From Eledone cirrhosa (taxonomy: Eukaryota): 64,000 bases of DNA. The first letter of the stretch is position 1. The number at the start of each line of letters is the position of its first letter. A program made the translations under genes and the position numbers. The notes under the pieces were generated by a model, which ran no database searches, had not been told where the DNA came from, and was given only the letters and a program-made list of their open reading frames with translations. Positions 13,483-26,967 of this stretch are shown here, one piece after another. Where the stretch lies: positions 355,074,001-355,138,000 of the forward strand of contig OZ024743.1 in the NCBI GenBank assembly GCA_964016885.1, read 5' to 3'.

Positions 13483-15103
13483 CGTCTATTCAAATAAATG
13501 TGTTACCTTTTGTGTATATTAGAAACCATTGTTATAAATAGTATTGCACGACAAACATGTTATTTGATCGGAAGATATATTAAATATTTTCTTCCAAATA
13601 TTTGTAACTAAATATTTTTTTATGACAGATAATAGATGGTTCGACATTTTGTAAATACATAGGAAGTTTACCAGTAAATGCGTAAATGTATCTGCATCGG
13701 TTTTGATGATGAGCCTTCCAATTATTCAAATGACGTATTCCTGGAAATAACGTGTAAGTCGTTGAATATTCCATAGATACGTATACACTTAACCTAATTC
13801 TCAGAGAAATTCGGTAAGATACGATTTGATAAGACTGGACCGTTGAATTACAAGTAGAGTCTATCCAACGGGCTTTCAAACAGTTTTGGTCTGTCTAATT
13901 TCACTCCCAAGGCATGAGTCGACCTATAGTAAAAGACACATGCATGAGATTCAAAGCAGTGAGACTAAACCGGAAAGCTTGTATTTCGAAACGAAATTCT
14001 TAAAGATTCAGCCATGCTCTATCATGTGAGGCTAGTGTATACAGGTAATTAGATCATATGTGATGTAAGAATCCTTGAAGGCTGTTAAACTAAAACTGTC
14101 AGTCACGTTTAGGTTAGATTCATTAAATGTTTCTGCTCACGTAGCATGAGCAAGGGGGGGGGGGCAGTCATTATGTCACTAGAAGGATGCAGTGGGTTTT
14201 GGTCACACACAAAAATGAACATTACTATGGGTTATGTATTATTGGTATGGGAGGAGATTCATTGAGGGGGTGGATTGACTCCATCAGTTACTACACTGGA
14301 TGAGACCAATCTTAACTAACGTCACCGTGGCCAGCCTGTATTCCATACAGCCATATGTCTATAAATATGTACGGTATTTAAGGTATATTTTGGAGAGTGT
14401 GAATAATATAGAAATGCTTCAACCTCGGCTCCTTCATAATGAAATCGAACAACTCATCGCCACCATTCTTCACACATAAGAATTTACCATGGTGTCTGTG
14501 AAGAACGTTATCAACGAGTACATAGCTCTTTTCGACCCTCTTCCCAAAATATAAATCTTAAATTTCAATATATGCCAACATTATACGATTTCAGAAAATT
14601 GTCAGGCTGGGTGTGATATACACACTGTACCATACTTTTTTCAAGGATCTGTTAGTCATAAAAGAGGTTGTTATACTTTGACGTATACCCTATAACGTTG
14701 ATTCTGACACAAGAACAGTACCACCCATTTTTGAGAAAATGATATATTCTATGAGATTGACCAAAATAATTGATTAATAATCGGATTCTTGAGAATGAAA
14801 ATCAAACGCCATAACGTTGGAACATGCATATTCAATGTAACAGTATATAACTAAATAACGAAAATTATTTTGTCCGACTTAGCACAAATTCTGTCAATCA
14901 TATACTTCCTTATATTATTGTTGCCAGTGTCACTTATACAAACACAGACACAGACACTCATACACATATATATCTACACGCGTGTGTAAGTGTGTGTACC
15001 GTTAAAGATGTAAATATATAGGTAGCAGCATAATATATGAACAGATTAAAATAAATAAATATGGGAACACAAACAATACTCAAATACACACACACACGTA
15101 CGC

Positions 15104-15441
<338 letters not shown>

Positions 15442-15519
15442 ACCTAACTGTACCAAGGATTACACACATTTTCCAATATATATATATATATATACATATA
15501 TATACATATATATATATAC

Positions 15520-15610
<91 letters not shown>

Positions 15611-15619
15611 CAAGGAATA

Positions 15620-16240
15620 TGATAATAAAAAAAGTGTTCGACAAGCGCACCTGGAAAAGATCATAAACAATTGATGTTAGCGAAGTTTACTTTCTCTGTT
15701 TGAGATCTTGAAAACATTTTTTTTTAGAGGTGAAATTTTTACGTTAAAATTTCTGCGTGCTGATTTTTATTGTATGGTTTTGGGTCGCTTCTGTCCTTGC
15801 TAAAGTAAGGGATACACCAGATTTCTTTTGTTGTTGTTGCTTGTGTGTAAACAAGTTTTTTAATATGTGAAAAGGGATGTAACTCTACCTTCCTTTAGTG
15901 TTGAAAAAAAATTATTATGTTGTGAGTTCAAACTTTCAATTTTCTGATAAATATTTTCTCTTTATTAATTCGACCTTGTTCTGTGATTTCTTTATTACAT
16001 TGGTGCAAGGGCAAAACATCGAAGTTTGGTACCGTTTTGCCCCCGGATTCTTCTATATGTTTGCTTAGAGGGATCTTTCTAGTATACAGGCTTCTGATTT
16101 GCTGCCTATGGACGGTCATTATTGTCGGAGTGTCAGAACCTTCTGTCTACATTTATGTCATAACCTGCCGGGGTTGCCACGAACGTTATGTAGGACAGAT
16201 GGGGCTGATACTCCTACAAAGAATGACAGCCCATAGGTGG
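15620..16240 (-). mobile_element. PLE GIY-YIG fragment with inverted 5' segment
   Basis: Minus: MTVHRQQIR...PLSKHIEE...RINKEKIFIRKL; plus 16147-16236: YVITCRGCHERYVGQMG...QRMTAHR. Confidence 0.7.
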
Positions 16241-16278
16241 AGTAGAGGAGAGTGACATATTGTGTCAGATGTCTGGGC

Positions 16279-16335
<57 letters not shown>
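16279..16335. repeat. (GTA)n microsatellite
   Basis: Directly visible. Confidence 0.95.
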
Positions 16336-16336
<1 letters not shown>

Positions 16337-16830
16337 CAGCAGTAGCAGCAACATCAGTAGTAGTTTTAAACGGTTTGCCTTAGTTCCGCCTTGATTGTGC
16401 AAACCTATGCTCAAAGACATTCTAGCCCTGACAATTTCATTATATTACGTATGTAGGATCAGTTCATTGTATCCCTCGTTTTAGTGTGTGGTTTAAAGGT
16501 GACTCCTTTATAACATCAACATGTCAACTGACCGAGTGAAGGCACTTTGTTAGATTGTGACGAAAATAATGTTCTCGTTATTGCGTGTTAAATGTTTTAC
16601 TGGCATTGATGGTTTAAAAATGAATAACAGACGGCGAGACAGTCCAACGTACACGAATAGTGTGGTATATAAGCTAATTCGAAATAATTAGGCCGTTGGG
16701 ATCAGTCATTGGCTTGATTCCTGAAGCATGTATGGGAATTAACTCCAAAGATATTTTTGTTTTATTAAACCTTTTCGGTGGAGCATATCTTTCTCTGTAA
16801 TAGTGATGACAGAATGATTAAATGAATGAA

Positions 16831-17362
16831 TAATAATTGTTTCTATTTTTGGCTCAAGGCCAGCAATTATCCCAGTGTATTGCTGGTACGTAAATCTATA
16901 CTGCAAAGCATAGTGTCCGACCCTCTATCAGTACTGCCAATCGACTGCAATGAATAATTGTTTCTTATATAGGCACAAGGCCAGCAATTTTGGGGGGAGG
17001 GGAAAGTCGATTAAATCAACCCCAGTGCGTGATTGGTACTTTATTTTATCGACCCCGTAAGGATGAAAGGCAAAGTTAACCTCGGCGGGATTTGAACTCA
17101 GATCATAAAGGACCGCAACACTATGCGTCAAAGCATGGCATCCGGCCCTCTACCGATACTGCTAATCCACTGCAATGAATAATAATTGTTTCTACTCTTG
17201 GCACAAGGCCAGCAATTACCCAGTGCATTGCTGGTACTTTATTTTATCGACCCCGTAAGGATGAAAGGCAAAGTTAACCTCAGCGGGATTTGAACTCAGA
17301 ATGGAAAGGGCCGTAACTCTATGCGTCAAAGCATGGCGTCCGACCCTCTACCGATATTGCCA
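16831..17362 (-). mobile_element. Three tandem copies of the main tRNA-derived SINE (16831-16948, 16954-17173, 17180-17362)
   Basis: A box GGCAGTATCGGTAGA, B box GAGTTCAAATCC, central GCCTTTCATCCTTACGGGGTCGATAAAATAAAGTACCAG (resembles Meta/MESC domain, inference), tail AGAAACAATTATT. Confidence 0.88.
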
Positions 17363-17672
17363 TAGTCCAAGAAAACTAAAATAGTTTAGAAACTCTCGAC
17401 AAAGCAGTCCGTTCTTATTCTAATGCTTAAGTAAGAGGGTTTAAACTAAATACTATAAACTTCACACTCGATGTTCAGCAGTAATAAACAAAACAGAACG
17501 ATTGGCATTGCTTAACTGCCTTTGCAGAGATCCAGGCCACTCGGCACACATGAGTCAGCCAAATGAAACCTTCTCTATTTAACGGTTTTAACATTTCGGG
17601 ACGGATTTTATTTTCATGCCTTGTTTTTAAAGCCTAACTATCTATCAATTTACCAATCAGTCAATCAACCAG

Positions 17673-17769
<97 letters not shown>

Positions 17770-17849
17770 GTCCATAGAATCATTTGATAAAATATATACA
17801 CTATTTCCTCTCGCAACTAGTATAATTAACCACATAAAAATCAATTAGA

Positions 17850-18177
17850 CCAGGCAAGGACATCCTCGAGCATCTTGAAACCGAACCACACTGGCTAGGG
17901 ACAGACATCCCCGGTGATGAGTCATGGATCTTCGAGTACGGCCCGGAGAGGACCCGTTTTGAAGACGTGGACGACATCAAAAAGGCCGTGACGACGGAAC
18001 TGCGGATGATCCCGGAAGAATCCTTCCAGGAGTGCATGCAAGCGTGGCAGAAAAGGATGGAAAAGTGCATTAGACTCCAGGGGGATTACTTTGGAGGAAA
18101 AAAACTCTTAGTGTGAAGTTTGGGTTTGAAATAAATCTTTTGTGACATCAGTCCTGGAACATTTCTGACACACCTCG
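17850..18177 (+). mobile_element. Internally deleted mariner remnant with right TIR
   Basis: GDESWIFEYGPE fused to TRFEDVDDIKKAVTTELRMIPEESFQECMQAWQKRMEKCIRLQGDYF; ends CAGTCCTGGAACATTTCTGACACACCTCG-TA. Confidence 0.85.
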
Positions 18178-18421
18178 TATATATACACATATATATATAT
18201 ATATTAGTAAAAAGGAAAAGAAAATGCTGACAAATTTTTCCCAGTGAAAAATAATTTAATTAGGAATAAGTATAAATTAGTAATAAGTATTAGTTAGTAT
18301 TTAGTTTTAGTTTTATGTATTTACCGGTTGCGCATTTCTTATGCTTTTCAAAAATAATTTTGAGATAGTGTTCGTGATTTTTGCTCTAATCTGATCAGTT
18401 TTGGAAATTCTTCCATACATA

Positions 18422-19660
18422 TAGTTGTCCTCCGGTATTCGCGGGGATTACCTTCTTAGAGCACCCGCGAAGAGTGAAAAGCCGGCAATATTGGACGTTG
18501 TAGATAAAAATATCTATAAACATCAAAACAAAGTAAAATATAGGCCGGCAGATACAGTTTATTGTTATTAATAATTTAGCGTACATTTCAATTGAGTCAA
18601 TAATGGAGAAAATTTATAACTTTACCTCTTAATCCTTATGGTGAGCAAATGGGGTCCCAGGTGCTGGCCTCCCCACAGACTCGGCGGACAGGATGGAGAA
18701 AGGGTTTCCCTGGAGGATGGTAAGGGAGATGCGCAGGAAGAGCCATTCCAACTCGCGAGTTTCACACTTGCGGCTGGCCAGCTCAGCGCCTATGGTGGTG
18801 AATAGGGAGGTAGCCAAGGACACCAGAAATCTCCACTGCCAAAGGTATGACGGCGAACCTGTCGGAGAGCGACTGGTACAAGGAGAGTTAGCCTTCTCAG
18901 CCCGACGTGCAGTAGTACCTGGGTTAGTCGCAGACTGCACCAGGTTGCCGCTGGAGAAAGTGTTGCTGCAAGTGGCATCCCAGACCAGGGGTTTGCCATC
19001 ACGGAACGGGAAGATGGTCATACCGTCTAGCCTTTTGCCATCCCCTCGCTCGAGTCCCACCGGCTCGAGCTGGGAGGGGAAGCCTGCAGCGTCCAAGCCA
19101 TGCTTAATGACCATGTTGAGGGCAGCATGTCGTGAAAGGCGGCGGCACTGTGGCGACAGGAAAGCGAGTGGAGGCCAAAATAGTCCACGTTGGATCCTCA
19201 GCGACGTTTATTTGGCTCGCAGATCCGGAGTCCAAGCCTCAAGAAAACACCGTTGCGCAGGCTATCGTTATCCAGCTGCGTGCCAGTGGAGCAGGAAGGC
19301 AAGGCAGGCCCAGACACCACAATGTGGTCAAACAGGAGGGGGCCGAAAGGGTCGCACTGTTGGACCCTGTGGCAGAAGGTATGACCGTATCAGCAGCAAG
19401 GAGCACTGCCGGTGCTTCATATGACAATTAGGCTAGCGGGTAGGCGGAGGGGGCTCGGCTGAGGCAGGCATCTAGCAGATGGTCTCGGTGTATGCAAAAC
19501 AGTGAAAAAATATATATTGTCACGAAAAAAAGCCATAAAATATCGCGGAAGATATTTACAATTCCGCGAATATGCGGTGGTTATATAGTTAGGTACTCAG
19601 GAAAATTCGCGAATAACCGGCACCGCGAGTTTAGTGACCGCGAATGCCGGGAATACACTG
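18422..19660. mobile_element. pogo/Tigger-like non-autonomous TIR element enclosing a LINE fragment
   Basis: TA-TAGTTGTCCTCCGGTATTCGCGG... and ...CCGCGAATGCCGGGAATACACTG-TA; repeated CGCGAA subterminal motifs. Confidence 0.65.
18629..19490 (-). pseudogene. C-terminal fragment of a CRE-clade non-LTR retrotransposon (Zn knuckle + restriction-like endonuclease)
   Basis: LRLGLRICEP...VDYFGLHSLSC...RHAALNMVI...LEPVGLERGDGKRLDGMTIFPFRDGKPLVWDATC...WLFLRISLTILQGN; frameshifts; GC-rich. Confidence 0.8.
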
Positions 19661-19704
19661 TATATATATATATATATATATATGTGTTTATATATATATA
19701 TATA

Positions 19705-20990
19705 CAGGGTGTGGACGATATTTGTTCGCAATTTTCAACTGCTAATTTTATGCAAATTCTCTTTATTTCCGTTGTCACTCTTGTCTTCATAAAAACAGTG
19801 ACTATATTTCCATTATTTATTTTCAGAATAATTAATTATGAATAATTTTGAACCTCCAAATTTGTGGAATCCGCGCCGGGAGGACAAATAAGGAAATTTC
19901 AGACTTTCTCAACGTCAGCAGGAGAATGGTGGAAAAGATCAGGAAGGAATTGGAAGATTCAGGATTCGACTACGAAGCAACATCAGAGTGGAAAACACAT
20001 GATCGACGATCTGACGCCTTCAGTACGCCCGAGTTCGTCGCTGAAGTTAAGGATATCATCAACAATGAACCTAGCAAGTCGATGCGTGCCATTGCAAGGG
20101 AGAAAGGCGTGCAAGGGAGAATGTCATGTACCACCAGCTCATTAGGCTGGTGGTACATGACATTCGCTACGTTTCATACAAGATGAGGAAAGGACAATTT
20201 CTGTAAAAGGCGATGCAAGAAAAGCGACTGAAGCACGCAAAGAAGCTGCTCAACAAGTTGAAACACCCACTGGAGCCAGACATGCTGTGGTTTTTCTCCG
20301 ACGAGAAAAACTTCTACCAAGACCAGAAGATCAACTCCCAGAACAACAGGTGGCTCGCTGTCTCACCCAAAGACGTGCCCAGAGTCATGCAGACAAAGTT
20401 TCCAGCGACAACATTGGTCTTAGGTGTCGTCAGCAGTCAAGGTAACGTCATGCCACCTCACTTCTTCCCTGAGGGCCTCAAGCTGAACACCGATGGCTAC
20501 ATCCGCGTTCTGAGCGAAGTAGTAAAGCCTTGGATCGACCATGTAGGCCGTACGTGTGGCAGCAAGACTCAGCGCCCTGCCATACCAGTCGAAAGACCCA
20601 AGTCTGGCTGTCAGAGAACTTTGTCGACCACACTTCACCTGACATCTGGCCTCCCAGCTCGCCTGATTGCAACCCCCTCGACTTCTTTGTGTAGGGCACA
20701 GTGGGACGAGACACCAACAGATCCAGCTGCAATACGAAAGACGATCTGAAGGCCAGGATCACAAGTGCTTTTAGGGGCCTAAGTCGGAGGACAGTGACGA
20801 AGGCCTGTAGCCAGATCCGAGGCCGCCTTGAGGCCGTCATAAAAGCCAATGGCGGGTTTATCGAGTGAAATCGAAAGAACAAATCATGAAGACAAACTGA
20901 CGCAAGTTTGATAAATAAATCTTAAAAAATAAAACTACTATTACTATTTCCTAGACAGTAATCTTGCGAACAAATATCGTCCGCACCCTG
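19705..20990 (+). mobile_element. Tc1/mariner DD37D (maT family) transposon with both TIRs and a disrupted transposase
   Basis: 27-bp TIRs CAGGGTG(T/C)GGACGATATTTGTTCGCAA at 19705-19731 and 20964-20990 (1 mismatch); left TA. Confidence 0.93.
19848..20868 (+). pseudogene. DD37D transposase pseudogene
   Basis: HTH-like N-terminus; WFFSDEKNF; QQDSAPCH...WPPSSPDCNPLD with 37 residues between second and third D (counted); stops and frameshifts. Confidence 0.9.
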
Positions 20991-21595
20991 TGAGGGACTC
21001 ATTTTATAACATGTTATCCATGTGCAACCAGCAGTATTCTTCTCACCCATATTTTCATATATTTACCCAAACTGCAATTCTGTGTTTCTCTCTTTCTCTC
21101 TTACTGCTCCCTCGTTCTCTCTGTTTCTCTTACTTTCTTTCGTCCCCCCTGCCATGTCAGTTAACTCTTCTCTCTCTACTGACCTCTTCCTCGCACTCCC
21201 ACTCACTCAGTCCCTGTTTCTCCCCTTCTTTCTTCCTCCCGTTCGCTGGGAAAACGGTTTTCATTCTTTCTAACACCGGATTCACTAGCGAAAGGTCTGT
21301 TTTCTAGCTCGCTCATATATTCACACAGCTTATGCTGAAAGAATAACTATGTTGCTTGTGTTTATCTCCATCTTCGGTTAGCTTCCCCCTGTGTTGTTTA
21401 CTTGTCTCACTCGCTTTACGCGTTTCTATTGTCCTAATAACTTATTTTAGTTATTATCGCTCCAACGTGAGGTATATGATTTTTAATGCGATAAAATACC
21501 CATGATCGTTTGGTAAATCACTGATGAGGGACTCATTTTATAACATGTTATCCATGTGCAACCAGCAGTATTCTTCTCACCCATATTTTCATATA
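20991..21595. repeat. Non-coding insert with ~70-bp direct repeats (20991-21061 / 21525-21595), pLTR-like
   Basis: TGAGGGACTCATTTTATAAC...CATATTTTCATATA twice; second copy begins CTGATGA. Confidence 0.65.
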
Positions 21596-21609
21596 CATAT
21601 ATATATATA

Positions 21610-21817
21610 TAAAATAAAACAAGGACGAATGGTTACTCCTTCGTTACGTTTATTGGTTGGTGACGCGCGTTTCGCTATTGATCAACTCAAGGTTAGATCT
21701 GTATTGATCTAGCCCTACTCTATAATCAGTGGCTCGTCGGACCTCGGTACCGACGTAAACCTAAACATTGAGTGCTCACCCGGGTGAACCTACAGTAACT
21801 CCGCGTTACACTCCCTG
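21610..21817 (-). repeat. Short (TA)-flanked repeat with hammerhead 3' half; sister copy on + at ~44910-45008
   Basis: GCGAAAC-GCGC-GTC-ACCAACCAATAAACGTAA in both copies. Confidence 0.6.
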
Positions 21818-21993
21818 TATATATATATATATATATATATAACATGATCATATAGATAGTTATTTACAATAAGACATCCTCACCAAACATCATTTGCACA
21901 CCATAAACACACACACACATACACTCCTGCTGTCACACACACAACCAAATGGAATTTCTCGTAACAACTTGATGGTTGAAATGCATTATTTTT

Positions 21994-22184
21994 GGCGGCG
22001 GATTAGCAGTATCGGTAGAGGGCCGGACGCCATGCATGGCAACACAGTTACGTCCCTTTACGGACTGAGTTCAAATCCCGCCGAGGTTAACTTTGCCTTT
22101 CATCCTTACGGGGTCGATAAAATAAAGTACCAGAAATGCACTGGAATAATTGCTGGCCCTGTGCCCAAAGTAGAAACAATTATT
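21994..22184 (+). mobile_element. tRNA-derived SINE (main family)
   Basis: A/B boxes, central domain and tail as above. Confidence 0.88.
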
Positions 22185-22648
22185 TCTGTTATATAATGTT
22201 TGTGTTATATAAGCCAATATACTAGGAATATACTTGAATATGTATGTGTATACATTTATTTCATAGTCACACACATACACACATGTATATATATACTATA
22301 CATCTTTACATATATATATATATATACACATGTACATCATCATATACATACTTGTATGTGTGTGTGTATAACAATGCGTGCGTCTGTAAGCGTGTTTTTT
22401 TATATGTAGACATATTCAAAATAAACACGTGTGCCTGTATGCATAACTATACAGGAATACAATCAAGAAATATGTAATATATGTATATTACACACACGCA
22501 CACACATACATACGTGCACACACACACATGCACACACGCTCACACGCACGCACACACAGACATACACATGCTCACACAGAAACACACCCACATACATACG
22601 CGCGCACACATACACACACATATATATATAAAATATATACATGTATAT

Positions 22649-22690
<42 letters not shown>

Positions 22691-22843
22691 CATGTATATA
22701 TATGTATATATTATATATATAAATGTGAAACGAAATATATATATATACATATATATATATACATGTATATATATATGTATATATACATGTATATATATGT
22801 ATATATATTTTATATATATATATATATATATAATATAAATGTA

Positions 22844-22904
<61 letters not shown>

Positions 22905-23832
22905 CATACATGTATATATATGTATATATATTATATATATATATATATGTATATATATTATATATATATTTAGAGAAAGAGAGAAAGAGGAATAGTGAAA
23001 GAGACTTATACAACTTCCACCAGCTTTGTCCTTGGCCTACATCTGTCAGACACTTGACGAAATGTTGATAAGTACCATGTCTGGATCATAACGAAGATTA
23101 ACGATTTCTAAATGCAATAGATGGCGCCACAGTATTTACAGGGCCAGACTTGACACACAATCTTTCCACACTCGTTCTCCTCATCCATCTTTCCCTTCGC
23201 TATTCTTTACTTATATATTTCATTCAATCTGACTTTCTTTCATTATAGTGTTCTCTTCATCTTTCGTAACTTTCCGTGCTCTCTCTCTCTTTCTTTCTTT
23301 CCCTCTATCTTTCTTTCTTTCTTTCTTTCTGTATTTCTTTCTTTCTTTTTTGCATGCTTATTTGCTTTTAATCATTATTTTGTATTTTTTTTTGCCTGTT
23401 TTATTTTTTTTTTCCTTTCCACCCCTCTCTCCTTCTTGCTTCCTTTATTTCTTTCTCAATAGATTTTTATGTTTTCTTCATTTTTTTTATTTTGTTCGTT
23501 TCTTTGACTTTTTTATTTTGGTTCGTTCTTCTCGTTTTTCTTCCTTCTTTTATGTATGTTTTCTATTTCCTTATATTTGCTTAAGTTTCCTTCATCATCA
23601 TCTAATTTTCTTTTATGTACCTTTCTACTTAATATCACTGGATCGAGAAAAATGAAATAGAGCACATGTGTAAATAACAAGTGAGCGATGTATGTTCGCA
23701 TACGACCATACGCCTGCAGATATATTAGAATTTACACAAACACTCGTTCTCATACATGCACAAACACAAATACATATGGTATTTGAACCTACACATACGT
23801 ATATATGTATGAATATATGTATATATATAAAT

Positions 23833-23907
<75 letters not shown>

Positions 23908-23949
23908 TGTACACATACACATATGCACGTATGGGTTATATTGCACATT

Positions 23950-24140
23950 AATAATTGTTTCTACGTTTGGCAAAAGGGCAGCAATTAAACCAGTGTATTA
24001 CTGGTACTTTATTTTATCGACCCCGTAAGGATGAAAGGCAAAGTTAACCTCGGCGGGATTTGAACTCAGAATAGAAAAGGCTGTAACTCTTTGCGTCAAA
24101 GCATGGCGTCCGACCCTCTACCGATACTGCCAATTCACCA
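23950..24140 (-). mobile_element. tRNA-derived SINE (main family)
   Basis: Same consensus, reverse strand. Confidence 0.88.
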
Positions 24141-24409
24141 ATGTTTGATTCGTTTGTAAACAAACGAGTCCCCTTAGAAGCTGTGTCGTGCCGCTGACCG
24201 ATCGTCACATGCATGTTCAAAACTGGCTTTGAGGAACAATCAACATGTTTCTGAGGAATTACCCTTCATCAGGACGGTATACCTCTTTGCCAAATAAAAA
24301 TCTTATTTTATATATGATTACACACACACACACACACACATGCACACACACACACACGCGCGCACGCACACACACACACACACGCACACACACACACATA
24401 TATATATAT

Positions 24410-24719
24410 TATCGAAGCCAATATCCTCACTGGATGTGGTAAGGGAGACATTGTATTTATACCTAGAATACCGCTAATACCAACAGATGTCTCCTTTCGT
24501 TTCAAATGATTGCAATTCCCAGTGACAGTCAGTTACGCAATAACCATTAACAAGTCCCAAGGTCAAACCCTATAGGTTGTCGGTCTCCATCTATAAGAGG
24601 GCTGTTTCTCACTATGTCACTTGTATGTAGGTTCTTCCCGACTAGGAAGACCCCGAAAAAATATCATATATGTTCCAAAGAAACAAATTAAAAACATTGT
24701 ATATACTGAAGTTCTGTAA
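24410..24719 (+). pseudogene. Helitron PIF1-like helicase C-terminal fragment
   Basis: IEANILTGCGKGDIVFIPRIPLIPTDVSFRFK*LQFPVTVSYAITINKSQGQTL*VVGL...FS..HLYVGSSR...KNIVYTEVL*. Confidence 0.88.
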
Positions 24720-25134
24720 ATCTTTTATCATTTTCGTAGAATACATTTTTCAACGACTATTTTTATTACCTTCTGAATTTAGATATTCTAAATATGTAAA
24801 AAAATTATATTATGCAATATTTTAATACGTTTTAAAATCTTTTATTATAAGGAGAATGGACATTATGACAGATGACAAAAGGTGCCTTATAAATAGATTT
24901 GTGCACAGTACAGATCGGTCTGTACTATGCTCAAATCTATTGATGAAATTGTGAATTACTTTAACGTTTTTCATATGTTAATCCGTCGCTACAATAATTA
25001 CATGGTTTTCATAGCTTTAGGCTTCTGGCTGGGTTATTGTATTGCAATGACTCCTTTGCGTACACTCCAAATGAACTTGTTGAGAAATTTGTAAACAACA
25101 AGATCGAAATCACTGGAAATCGATTCTAAAACCT

Positions 25135-25318
25135 TTGGCAGTATCAGTAGAAGGTCGGACGCCATGCTTTGCAGCATAAACTTACGCCCCTTTATGGTTT
25201 GAGTTCAAATCCCACCGAGGTTAACTTTGCCTTTCATCCTTACGGGGTCGATAAAATAAAGTACCAGTAATGCACTGGGATAATTGCTGGCCTTGTACCA
25301 ATAGTAGAAACAATTATA
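25135..25318 (+). mobile_element. tRNA-derived SINE (main family)
   Basis: Same consensus. Confidence 0.88.
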
Positions 25319-25435
25319 ATTAACTCCGAAATAAAAAAAAAATAAAAATTATAGTCGAGTGCTCCACATTGGTGACATCATGCTGCTTTTACGCATTAAC
25401 ACCAACGCCATTAAGTCGGCCACTGCTATTGTCAC

Positions 25436-25560
25436 TTGATATCAATTAAGAAACATGTTTTCTCTTTACGGTCCTTCAAAATTATATCAGGTCTGTTGGC
25501 CTTGATAATTCTGTCAGTATTCAGAGAGAAATCCTACAGGATTGTTGCATTCTCGCCTCC
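25436..25560 (-). mobile_element. R4/Dong-like LINE endonuclease fragment
   Basis: Reverse reading NATIL*DFSLNTDRIIKANRPDIILKDRKEKTCFLIDI. Confidence 0.7.
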
Positions 25561-25728
25561 TGTTACTGCATCTGACTGATGTTTCATTTCCCTCCGTTTT
25601 CAGACCATAACACCTGCAAATAAACCTGCACATTACCAACATATATATTTATATACGTGTGTGTGCGTGCGCGCGTTTGTGCGTGTGTGTGTGTTTGTGT
25701 GTGTATGCGTGTGTATGTGTGTGTATGT

Positions 25729-25807
<79 letters not shown>

Positions 25808-26008
25808 AGAACGGTTGAGCGATAGGGAGTTTTGAACTTTAAAGATAACAGCTTCAGCATTTTTGTACTATGAAAACTATTCTAATAAATTGAGCATATA
25901 AGCCACTGGGGACTGAAGGAAATTGTATGGCGCCGTGAGTGGGACTCGAAACCACATATATACATATACATACATATATATATATACATATATGTATACA
26001 GACATATA

Positions 26009-26064
<56 letters not shown>

Positions 26065-26374
26065 CATATATATATATATACATATATATGTATATATACA
26101 CACAGACAGATATACACACAAACCTATGTCTACGCACAAATTTAGATAAATATACATCGCTTATTTTTTGAATCACAAAGATTGAAATCGCATACATATA
26201 TGTAATCATCGTTTACATATCACGTACATCATGTGCACAAGGCGGATCTTTTTGTATAAGATGTTTTCTGTAATCTCCATTTAATATGTAAGTTTAGAAC
26301 TATCCTGCTTACATAAAACAACTCGGCAATATTCCTCAACATTTAATTATAAGCGATTTGTTTTATTTCAATGT

Positions 26375-26878
26375 TTGAAAGACACACGCAACAGTCACTG
26401 CAGCGTCAGATGTATTTTGGTGGGAGACGTCAATGTCCGATTTGGTACAGACCACCTGACATGGAAAGGAATGATTGGAAGGAACGGTGACCCCGTGTTT
26501 AGATCTTATCATGAATCTTGGATAATGACCAAAAGAATACAATCACGAATACAAGCTGCCAAAATGGGGTTCCTCCGAAGGATCTTTAGAGTAACGTAAC
26601 TCGATATAGTGCGTAGCTCGGAGATCAGAGAGTCACTCCAGATAGAGCCACTACTTCTCCAAACTGAGAAATCGCAGCTCCAATTCTATGGGCATGTGGT
26701 TAGAATGTCACAGGAAGGAATAGTTGGACAGAATTTACGGGCAAAAGCAACCGGTAGTAGTTCTAGTTGTAGACCCCGAACAAGATGGCTGGATAACATA
26801 AATAAGCTTAGCTGGTCTCATATGGGGATTCAGCCGGATCAATTGGAGACCCACTGAAAGAAGAAGAAGAAGAAGAAC
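26375..26878 (+). mobile_element. Internally deleted RTE-clade LINE with (GAA)n tail
   Basis: APE motif ILVGDVNVRFG...WKGMIGRNG joined to ESWIMTKR...QAAKMGFLRRI...QFYGHVVRM...RPRTRWLDNI. Confidence 0.82.
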
Positions 26879-26967
26879 TTTATGGACGACTCTTTGTGGC
26901 GATCATAGCGATGTTACAATTAATATCTGGACTCCAGCACTAATCGCTGATAATATACTATGATAAT

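Noticed and set aside
18693-19424. 243-aa plus-strand ORF
   Set aside because: Antisense shadow of the GC-rich CRE-like fragment
21994-22084. tRNA gene-like A/B boxes here and in ~18 other places
   Set aside because: No cloverleaf; always followed by the SINE body and tail
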